This document shows, piece by piece, positions 54,159-64,000 of a DNA stretch of 64,000 nt (the first letter of the stretch is position 1; each line of letters starts with the position of its first letter). Location: NCBI RefSeq assembly GCF_038025025.1, contig NW_027117344.1, positions 1,240,001 to 1,304,000 on the forward strand. The letters are read 5' to 3'. The translations under genes were made by a program, and so were the position numbers. Source of the stretch: Phyllosticta citribraziliensis. Taxonomy: Eukaryota. A model generated the notes under the pieces. That model did not search any database. It saw only the letters and a program-made list of their open reading frames with translations, and was not told the origin of the DNA.

Positions 54159-57100
54159 GGCAGCATCTGGGCGTCCCCATGAATGCGCCTGTGCAAAACA
54201 ACACCCACCGCCGCAACCAGTCAGCAATGCCCAACATGACCATGGGCCCCCCTCCCGCACCCTCGGCTGGTAGCTCCGGATTCGGTGAATTCCAACAGAA
54301 TCAGGGTCGTGAAAACGTCAACCCTCGCGGCGGACGTCAGGGTTCTGTGGGAGGCGGTCACACAAGACGCCACTCACTAGCACTTCCAGAAGCCAAAAAG
54401 GCTGCTGAGCTGGCTGAGCAAAAACGAAAGACTTCTGGCTTCCAGTTCCCTATCCCTGGAGCTTCCGGTGCGTCCAGCACTGAACGCTCGTCAAGTCCCT
54501 CGAGCGTGCAAGGCGCTGAGCAATACAAGCCCGCCGGCCGCGGAGCTTCGCATGGCCGTAGCCAGAGCATGGCCGTTGGCAATGGGCGCGGCGGTTCCCG
54601 AGGCGGAAGCTTCCAGTTCCCGCCGCCGTCCAATGACAGTGGCTCCTCCATGGATTTTCAGCGCCGGGGATCCACGGGCCATAATCGCTCGTCCTCCCGC
54701 AATTTTGATGGCAACTGGAGGCAGCCTCAGAACCAGCAGCCGAACGTGCAAGACCAGCAGTCGAACAACATGGGTAGTTTCAACATGAATCAGGCCACGG
54801 GAGCAGCTCCGTTCCAACCGGGACACCGTTCGCGGGGTTCGCTTAGTAGTCAATCGGTCAGCTCTATTGGCAACTTCCAGTACAACGCCCAGCCTCAACT
54901 TCTGCACCTTCCCCAGGGTCAGGTCTTTGTCCCTCCTCAAATGCTGGGCCAGGTCCAAGGTCTCAACCCTCTCCAGCTCGCGCAATTCCAGGCGCTCCAG
55001 GCGGCTCAAATCAACGGACAAGGCCTTGGTGGACTCCAGGGGAGCCAACATGCGCCTCAAATGTCCATGCAACAGCAGAATTCGCAACAGCAGCGCAAGA
55101 CGCTATTCACTCCCTATCTGCCCCAGGCCAGTTTGCCTGCTCTGCTTAGCGATGGCCAGCTGGTCGCCGGCATCCTCCGCGTCAACAAAAAGAACCGCAG
55201 CGACGCTTACGTCACTAGCTCCGACCTCGATGCCGACATCTTCATTTGCGGAAGCAAGGACCGGAACCGCGCTTTGGAAGGCGACTACGTCGCTGTCGAG
55301 TTGCTCGACGTGGACGAAGTCTGGAGCCAAAAGCGTGAAAAGGAAGAAAAGAAGAAACGCAAGGACAACACCGACCGAGGCAGCAGCATTGCGGTCAATG
55401 ATGCAACGACGCAGCCCGAGACTGGCGGGTCGGAGGGCGGCATTCGCAGGCGCGGCAGTCTGAGACAGCGCCCGACCCAGAAGAAAAATGATGACGTTGA
55501 AGTCGAGGGACAAAGTCTCCTCCTGATGGAAGAAGAAGAAATCAACGACGACCAGAAGCCTCTCTACGCGGGTCATGTTGTCGCCGTCATTGAGCGTGTC
55601 GCCGGCCAAATGTTCTCTGGCACGCTTGGACTTTTGCGCCCCAGCAGTCAGGCCACCAAGGAGAAACAGGAAGCCGAGCGCACTGCTCGCGAGGGCAGCC
55701 ATGGTCGTTCTCAGCCTGAACGTCACCAGGAGAAGCCTAAGATTGTTTGGTTCAAGCCTACCGACAAGCGCGTTCCCCTCATTGCCATTCCGACAGAGCA
55801 GGCTCCCCGCGACTTTGTGGAGCGACACCAGGACTATGCCAACCGCATTTTTGTGGCCTGCATCAAGCGCTGGCCCATAACTTCTTTGCACCCTTTTGGT
55901 ACCCTTGTTGAGCAGTTGGGCGAGATGGGTGACTTGAAGGTCGAGACCGACGCTTTGCTTCGCGACAACAATTTTGGACCGGACGACTTTTCCGAGGCCG
56001 TCATTCGCAATGTCGGGTTCGACGACTGGTCAGTTGCCAACGACGGTGAGGCTGTTTTCGAGACTCGTCGGGACTTCCGTGAGGAGCAGACCTTCACTAT
56101 CGACCCCAACGGCAGCAAGGAACTTGACGATGCCATTCACTTCAAGTCGCTCCCTGATGGCAACGTGGAAATTGGTATTCACGTTGCCGACGTTGCTCAC
56201 TTTGTCAAGTCCAACTCGCTTGTTGACCGGGAGGCCAAGAAGCGGGGAACCGCAGTTTACTTGACGAACCGTGCCGTCAACATGCTTCCTCCAAGGCTTT
56301 CGGCTGAAATTCTCTGCCTCAGCCCCGGTGAGGAGCGTTACACTGTCAGTGTGGTCTTCAAGGCCGACCCAAGCTCTGGCAAGGTCTTTGAAGAGGAGAC
56401 CTGGATGGGCAAGGGTGTCATTCGGAGCTCTGGAAAGCTCTCGTATGAACAGGTCGACAACATCATCAGCGGCCGTGGAGCCGGCCTCGGAGATAGGGAA
56501 CACGATGTCAAGATGCTCCACCAGCTCGCCACGAAGTTCCGCGACACTCGTTTTGGCAACCGTTCGTCGAACGTCCCTTCGCTCAGGCTGCTTTACCAGC
56601 TTGACGACGAGAACGTGCCTGTTGAAGAAAACATCTTCCACTCTTCACCAGCGCACGAGCTGATCGAGGAGCTGAGCCACAAGGCCAACGCATATGTCGC
56701 GCAGCAGCTCAACTCTCAGCTGGGCGAAAAGGCCCTCCTTCGCCGTCATGCAGGACCCAACCCCCGCCGTCTCCGCACGTTTGTGGACAGAATGGCTGCA
56801 ATTGGTTTCGAAATCGACCCTTCCAGCAGCGGCACTCTGCAGAGCAGCTTGTTCAAAATCGAAGACAGCAACATTCGCCAGGGCATGGAGACGCTCATTG
56901 TCAAGACCATGTCCAGGGCCAAGTACTTTGTTGCTGGCAAGCAGACGGATGATCAGTGGTCCCACTATGCGCTCAACCTACCCCTGTACACTCACTTTAC
57001 CAACCCCTCCCGTCGCTACGCCGACATCATCGTGCACCGTCAACTCGACTGCATCCTGTCCGAAGGCAAGGTCGAGTTCACAGAGGACATCGAGTCGCTC

Positions 57101-57991
57101 AACAAGACGACGGAAATGTGCAACACCAAGAAGGACTCGGCTCACAATGCTCAAGAGCAGAGCGTCCACATTGAATCTTGCCGGAAGATGGACAAGACGC
57201 GTCAGGAGATTGGCGGCGACCTCATCTCGGAAGGTATTGTCTTGTGCGTCTACGAGTCTGCCTTTGACGTTCTCATCCCCGAATTCGGATTCGAGAAGCG
57301 CGTGCACTGCGACCAGTTGCCCTTGAAAAAGGCAGAGTTTGACAAGACCAAGCGTTTGTTGGAGCTTTACTGGGAGAAGGGCGTGCCCTCTTCGACATAT
57401 ATCCCCGAGGATGAGCGCCCCAAGACTGGTTCTGTCCGCGGCGCCAACGCGCTGGCGGCAGCTCGCGAGGCTGAGGCCGCCAAGCAAGCCGCAAAGGAGA
57501 AGGAGGAGGCACAGCGCCGCAACATGGATACGAACACCATGTCCGCTGATGACGTCGATGCCCTGTTCGACGATGACGACGACGCCGTGTCTGACCTGGT
57601 CGAAGGCACTTCTGGCGTCTCTCTGAACCAGCCTGGAGCGGATCGCCCGACACAGAGCATGCCACCCTCGCCCACGAGGACAGGCCTCATGGCGTCCGAG
57701 CACGCCCCCCACCGCACCCAGTCCGATCCCAAGATTTCCCAGAGTGCTGCCGACAACGTCATCGAGGCCAAGTTGAGCAACAAGGACAAGTATCTGAAGC
57801 TCTTTGCTTTGAGAGAGGAGAATGGCAACCACATCCAGGACGTCAAGGAGATGACTCGCGTTCCCGTAATTTTGAAGACGGATCTTGCCAAGAGCCCTCC
57901 GTAAGTTGTCCCAGCATGGAACCACTAAACAGTAACTAACATGCATGGCAGGTGCTTGACCATCCGCTCGTTGAACCCATATGCTCTCTAA
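53767..57991 (+). CDS. SSD1: Ssd1/Gul1 RNA-binding RNase II-family (pseudo)nuclease
   Basis: RRLHIAHRRSPSELTPLM|MEQLAIAQQIE; polyQ (CAG run ~54125-54157); RKTLFTPYLPQ; GILRVNKKNRSDAYV; RNB YTHFTNPSRRYADIIVHRQL; introns 53864-53945 and 57901-57952; ends CLTIRSLNPYAL*. Confidence 0.96.
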
Positions 57992-59496
57992 ACGACAACA
58001 TAAATCAACAATCGACTATAAGCGGCCTCGCTGACAATCCAACGGACGACATGTTCCAAATTCCATTTCTATCGGTCCATCTTAATCCAAGACTTAAGGG
58101 GGCGTTCAGTACCATCAGAAGATTGTCTTCAGCTGCTTTGTACACATTCTTTATGCTGTACATAGCTGTGCAGGCACATCGTCCGTTCCTTGATTCGCAG
58201 TGGTCTTTGCACACTGCCAGCTCGGATATTTCACGAATCCCACAGCCTCACGGCGAGGTCTGCCAGTCAGGGAAATTGGCATTTCTTTGGTCGGAATTGT
58301 AATGCAACGCAGGGAGGCGGGAGTGATAAAAAGACAGGGCTTGAAATTGGGAGTTGAACGCTGGAATGGAGGCATCAAAGTTGCAGTAGAGATTAGGGTT
58401 ACGGACTCAGCGCTGGTGAGTCTTGGGAAAGGTGTGGCGGCTGTGTTAACGAGTTCTCTTTTGCGGAGACGTCAAATAAGTAGTTGCGAGCAGTGATAAT
58501 GGCTAGAGTTGATTTTGCGCGTGCCTTTCCAAGCGAGCCGATGAGACGACGTCGCATGAAAAATGAAGCCTCCTGCGCCACAAGCAGGATCGTCTAGAGG
58601 TCCGAGGGGCCGCGTGGTCGTCTCATGCTCTGGAATACTCGGTCGACAGCACGAGAAGCCATGGCTTCGGGAACGTTTTTGGGGTCCGGGGAGTAAAGCT
58701 TCCGGTTGGGACGCTTGCTGGTTGTTGCTTTGGAGGATCACAAGGTGTGTGGAGGTGCTCCGTATTTGAACGCACAGTTTGCTGACCTTTCGCAGACTCG
58801 TTCGCACCCAAGTCGCATTCGCCAACGCTACCGCGGAAATCGCATCGGATTCCGACCTACCTACAATCCTTTCGACTATCCGCCACGTGGGACCTCAAGC
58901 GCCCCGAGTCTCACCGCCAGTCCCCGAGTCGCAGAACCGTCTCAACACCAGTGCGCCAATGTCGGTACCTTGTCCTCAATTCCCATTGGCTTCCAATTTT
59001 CCACATCCTTGCAAGACAAACTGTCAGTGTCTCCACAGAAATGCGCTCCGTTCATGATACTGGCTCAAATCACCCAAGTGCTAGGCAACCAGCCACACCA
59101 TGGGTCGCTCGGCAACTCAAGCATGCTCAATCGTGACAATTTGGGAGATGCCTGCGTGGGCTCGGAGTGCTCTATCGCCGTGAAACCAAGTTGAGGTAGG
59201 TATAAGGTCGCACTGCCATGCCAATATCTCTGGTCCACGCCGAGACTTTCTCGCAGAGCGACCGGTCCGTCGCTTGATTTTACTTAATTGACATTCTCTT
59301 TCCTTTTCCTGGTTTTCCGTTTCCTTTGACGCTCGAATTGCTGCTTGACTGCGCAGCAGAGCTCCGGTAGCCGTGACTTTCCTTTGTCGAGTCTTCGCTC
59401 CCTATTACAAACTTGTCCCTGGTCGGACTTTTAATTCCTATTGACAGTCGGACTGGACCATCGCCGGACGAAGCTTCAATCATTCCCGCTCCCACC

Positions 59497-61169
59497 ATGG
59501 CACCCATTGGAGGATTAATCAAGACACTTCTCATATTGGGTCCCATTTTTGCAAGTGCTACGCCAGTAAGGTCGACCATGCTCCAACATATTCAGCAGTC
59601 TTCTCATTCTATATACAGGTCCTTGTACCCAGGCAGGCAAATCCCGCTGCCCCAGCTCCTCAGACGGTCACCGTCCTTCCGATAGGAGCCACTCCTGCAG
59701 CTCCAGCTCCTCAAGCTCCACCACCACAAGAAGGTTCTCCTCAGGGGAACTCCCCTCAAGGGACTTCGCCTCAGGGAACCTCGCCTCAAGGAACTTCTCC
59801 GCAAGGTTCGAGTCCTCAAGGCGCTTCGCCCCAGGGGGCTTCACCTCAGGCTCAAGGGACAGCTCCTCCAGCAACCACTCCCCAGGGGTCATCTCAAGGA
59901 GGTTCGCCTCAAGGTGTCTCTCCTCAGGGAGTTTCTCCTCAGGGGACTAGCCCTCAGGGCACTTCTCCTCAGGGGGCAGCTCCTCAAGGAACTGCTCCAC
60001 AGGGGGCTGCTCCACAACCCGCCGCCCCGGAGCAAGCACCGCCTGCAAATGGGCTTTCGGACATTGATATTCTCCAATTGTAAGCCAATGATTTGACATG
60101 CGCGGCGTGTGAAAGTGCCAAAACTCACTCTACACAGCGCCCTGACCGCCGAACACCTCGAGTCTGCCTTTTACGCCCAAGGCTTCGCCAAATTCCCCGC
60201 TGCTCAATTCAAGGCCGCCGGACTCACTGATGGCGACGTTCAAGCTCTGCAGTCGATAGGCCAGTCCGAAAGCACCCACGTCTCGACCTTGCTCTCCGCC
60301 ATTGCGAGCTCAGGCGCCGAACCAGTCCAGCCATGCACCTATCAATTCAACTTTACTGATCCCAAGGCCATGATCTCCACAGCCAGAACCCTCGAAGCCG
60401 TCGGACTATCAGCGTAAGTCGCCTCGAATGCCTCTTCCCACCTCACACCAACCACATGTCCCGTTCTAACCGCGCACGCCACGGCCCGCAGCTACCTGGG
60501 CGCCGCGCCCCTAATCCAGTCCCGCGACGTGCTCTCGGCCGCCACGACCATCGCGACCATCGAGGCGCGGCACCAGACGCTGGTGCGCGTGGCCTCGGGC
60601 GCCGTGCCCGTGCCCGCCTCGTTCGACACGCCGCTGGGCCCGCGCGCCGTCTTCTCGCTCGCCAGCAGCTTCATCCAGGCCTGCCCCCAGGGCTCCAACC
60701 TCAACATCGCGCCCTTCCCGGCCATCCAGTTCGCCGCGCCCGCGCCCGGCGGCGCCGCCGCCGCGCAGCAGGGCAACTTCGTCAAGGCCGGCGACACGCT
60801 CTCGCTTGCTGCCGGCATGCCGAATGGCGGCCAGTTTTGCGCGTTTAGCAGCTCGTGAGTGCTTCCTCCCCGCTCCCTCCAAGATCGAGAATACGGGACA
60901 TGGCCATGACCGAGTATGGACGTGGGAGGAAATGCAAGTGCTAAAATGACCGTTGACAGCGGCGGCAATCAATTCTCGACCCTCGCCAACGGCAACTGCC
61001 AGGTCCCGCAGAACCTCGTCGGCGAAGTCTTTGTGCTCGTGACGAATCAGCAATCGGTAACCGACGGCGCCGTCATCGCTGGGTAAGCCAGGCTTCTTTT
61101 CTCCTCCTCCTTGGACACACGACTAACAAACCTCATCGTGGCAGTCCTTCCGTCCTCCAGGCTTCTTGA
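59497..61169 (+). CDS. Secreted ferritin-like domain protein (Rds1-type) with (GxSPQ)n repeat
   Basis: Signal MAPIGGLIKTLLILGPIFASATP|VLVPRQ; LSDIDILQF|ALTAEHLESAFYAQGF..SESTHV..LEAVGLSA|YLGAAPLI..IATIEARHQ; five introns; ends GPSVLQAS*. Confidence 0.88.
59725..60015 (+). repeat. 15-bp coding minisatellite (CCTCARGGN..) encoding SPQG pentapeptides
   Basis: Repeated cctcaggg/cctcaagg units: EGSPQGNSPQGTSPQGTSPQGTSPQGSSPQGASPQ..GVSPQGVSPQGTSPQGTSPQGAAPQ. Confidence 0.92.
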
Positions 61170-61735
61170 TGGAGAGTTGGAGACAGACGGGAAAATGTAA
61201 TTCGAGCGAATGAAGGCAAAACTGCAAAAAATCTCGATGATTGATTGAGTGAGACGTCTTTCTTTTCGCTTGTAAAGTAGCTGTTTAATTGTTACTTTTC
61301 TGTTGCCTGTGTGCAGAGCAGCCAGGCGAAAGTCGAACTCCTCGCCCCTTCCGAATACTTCCCTTTCCTCAAACAGCCTCCGAGCTCGCTCGAGGGAGGG
61401 GGCACAGCGTGAGTGAAATGCAGACAGGGCGTGCGGCGCCAAGCGGCCGGCCTTTCGACAGCGGTCTCCACGATGTCCGAAATCGGACAATTGTGGTGTT
61501 TCCGGTCAATTTGTAATCCGGCGTCACTCACTCCTTTCCCCTCACCACGCCCAAAATCTGCGTCGTTTTCGGAGCGAGCGAGCGAGCGAGCGAGTGGCCA
61601 AAACGAGCGAGTGAGGCAAATCTTGGCCCGTCTTGGCCGGGGCGGACAGGACCCTTCCTTTACTTATTACTTGTATTGGTGTATCTGTCATCACATCCCG
61701 TCGTCCAGTCCCTGCACCTTGCCCGCACGCGCCTG

Positions 61736-62284
61736 ACGCCTCCATCCGGAACGGACCGGCGACCGACCAACCGACCAACCGGTCGTCCGCCTTCTTTCGA
61801 CATTTGTAAAGTGCTCGCATCCGAGCTGGTGCGACGGGCTTTTCTTGGGAGGCACTCGGTCATGATTGGACCTCATGTCTGGAGTGTTTAGGGTTGCCAT
61901 TCTGTTATGTGTCACCCTGCTCTTTCCTGGCTTGCCCGGATCTGTCACAAAAGCAGGAGGATTTGCGCCTCGTTCTTCTCTGAAATCCGCTGGCCTGACT
62001 TGCTCGACTTGACTTTGCTTTCTCGCTGGCGTCCTTCTGATTCTTGAGCGGAGAGGAACATGGGTTTGCATGGCTGGGTATTCCAGGATCTGAGGAACTG
62101 GTCGTCTTTGTAATCTCATTTATTGATGTAGTCTGTTGAGGAGACGAGTGCCATGGCTTTAGCAAGCTGCCGATTGGTCTTGGATAAGTAGTAGAACTTC
62201 CCGATGTATCGTGAAGAGCCGCCACGGATTTCGTCCTCTCACTGCGAGCACCATCGGGCCGGGTGTACAAGAGGATGGAGGCGT
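61736..62284 (+). ncRNA. Candidate structured non-coding RNA (~550 nt), family unidentified
   Basis: Nested long-range complementary helices, including 61736-47/62273-84 (12 bp) and 61811-19/62243-51 (9 bp), with G-U pairs on the + strand; no credible ORF. Confidence 0.55.
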
Positions 62285-62475
62285 GACGCAGCCCTGGGAT
62301 TGATCCCATAACCGCGGACTATCTTTGCGACTTGTGGCGCAGACAAGCGCCAAGCGCAGGAATGAATCCGAGTGAGGCGCCCCGCCCCAGTCCATCAGTG
62401 ACATAATACAACCCCAGCCAAATTGACGGGGGTAGAGTGAATGCAAAGAGGGTGCAATAAAATTTGGAGTGTCGT

Positions 62476-63508
62476 CTACTTTTCGAGACCCCTAGCCTTG
62501 ATGAATCGGTTGATTTGATCTTTGCAGAGCTTCTCGTTGTACGTCTCCCACACCTCGTACAAGGATATAAACTCCTGCACGCAATCCGCCACAGCATCAA
62601 TGTCGATGGTCGTCTCGGCAAGCCAGTTCATGATGTGCTGGACACGGGCCGGCGAGCCACCGCCGCTACCACCGCCGCCAACAGCCGTTCCTCCGGCCGC
62701 TGCCCCGCCCGCGTTGGCTAGATTGGCCATGGCTGACTGCATGTTTGCGGCCGAGAGCATGGTGAGGCCGGCCTGAGCCTGGGGCGGGCCGATGGTGACG
62801 GCAAGCACCATGGCGGTCACGGCAATGACGGGAGGCGGATGCAGCAGCGGCATGTCTGTTAGATAGTGGTCGTTGATGAGGTACTCGGCGACAGAGTGCT
62901 CTTCGTGCGTCAGCTTCCAGCCATTTTCCAAGTCGATGAGGCTGCGGTATGGATGGTGGATGATGAGTTGCGAATTAAGCTCTGAAATGATGTGGAATTC
63001 GCATTCACCAAGCTTCGACGTGTCTGGGAGATTGATGTCTGGAGAGCGATGGTTAGCACTGGAATTGTCGTAGCTTGAAGGGGAGAAACGTGCCTTGCCA
63101 GGCTTGTTTGGCTTCGCCTAGGATCATCCGGATGTGCTGTGGGCTTTCCTCCATTTTGCACGCCAGATACAGTGCCGTCACAAGGACGAGATTTGGATTG
63201 GTCCTTCGTATCTCAACCTTGGTGTACACACGGCGGATGTACACTTGAGCAGTTGCCACTGCCTGTTGGCTTAGTTTTAATCGTCGCACGAGTTTATTCA
63301 ATTCTGGGCCTGTCAGCAAACACACGGTGAGGCCACGGGGCCACGCACGGGAAGAAAAATAGACGCTCAGTAGACGCCGATCCGGCAAGGCAAACTTTTG
63401 CACAAGCTCCTTGTTTTCATCTTCCAAGCTGCGTCGTATGAGAGCGAGCTTGGGTTTTGAAAAGGTCCAAAACCGACACTGAGTCGAGTTCCAATAGTTG
63501 GCCGCCAT
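62476..63508 (-). CDS. SSN8: Cyclin C (Mediator kinase module)
   Basis: MAANYWNSTQCRFWTF..QQAVATAQVYIRRVY..TALYLACKMEESPQHIR..SKLGECEFHIISELNSQLIIHHPYRSL..INDHYLTDMPLLHPP; introns 63348-63304 and GC-AG 63093-63039. Confidence 0.96.
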
Positions 63509-64000
63509 AGTGTATGGAACGTCCGCTTGCGAGAAGCCGACAGTGTCACGTAGAGGCTCTCGGCATTACGACGAGTAGAAATGGGTCAAGACGAGCAGGT
63601 GCAAAGGGACGGGCTCGGTGATGGATGGCATCAAAAAGGAAGGGGGAGCATGAAGCCAGACGTTGTCGAGCGGTCAAACCCAACAGGCTTCACCAGGCAC
63701 GGAAACGAAGACGTGAAACAAAAAAGCGAAACGGCCGGTTTCCTGGATCGTGAAGACGGCGAGATGCAGTGGTGTTGATGTTGTCGAGGCTGACCGCCCT
63801 CGGCTGTTCTGTTTGCGCGAGCATGGATGACAAAGGACGGCGCATCAGTGGCCTCCGGTTCCCAGGTAACTTCACTCGTCCAGCACAGAGCCCCGCCAGC
63901 CCTCTGCGTGTTTCCCTATGCCCTCCCTTTGCGCCGACCGCCACTCGTTCGACCTCGACCTCATCCTGTAGGCCGGCCTCTCTTCGCTCCGCCGAGTGAC

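Noticed and set aside
58393..58401. TTAGGGTTA (reverse complement TAACCCTAA, telomerase-template-like); also AACCCTAA near 49622 and TTAGGGTT near 61888
   Set aside because: Matches of 8-9 nt are expected by chance in 64 kb. No adjacent pseudoknot was recognised, and the 61888 match would need the - strand whereas the fold favours +
62225..62260. Hammerhead-like GGACGAAA on the - strand
   Set aside because: The CUGANGA core is absent and stems I/III cannot be formed

Overview
Gene-dense window from a filamentous ascomycete. Short GT-AG introns with CTRAC/CTAAC branch points and the protein sequences suggest Pezizomycotina, probably a Dothideomycete (inference). Conserved genes in order: VPS24, MET14, a small uncharacterised mitochondrial-type protein, CEF1/CDC5, an AGP2-like amino-acid permease, a G-patch (GPATCH1/TGH-like) protein, KIN1, RCD1/CAF40, MIX23/Cid2, DNA ligase I (CDC9), an M20 Gly-Xaa carboxypeptidase, a conserved membrane protein, GLE1, SSD1, a secreted ferritin-like (Rds1-type) protein and SSN8/cyclin C. 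A large Pro-rich GPI-anchored protein with a degenerate CFEM domain lies at 7.1-9.5 kb. Three unusual things stand out. (1) An accessory island at about 25.0-30.6 kb holds seven co-oriented orphan microprotein loci in two families. All carry a [FY]xx[IVL] Atg8-interacting-motif-like core, mostly with acidic flanks. One family adds a CPC-x6-GW-x2-C-x4-H putative zinc site, and the cluster shows birth-and-death evolution (nonsense, frameshift and stop-loss copies). (2) An approximately 550-nt intergenic segment at 61.7-62.3 kb folds by eye into a deeply nested structure with G-U pairs favouring the + strand, and I cannot match it to a known ncRNA family. (3) An orphan gene at 1.87-3.13 kb gained three introns by exact 170-bp exon+intron tandem duplication. 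No tRNA, rRNA, CRISPR array or intact transposon was recognised. All gene names come from my recognition of motifs, not from database searches.
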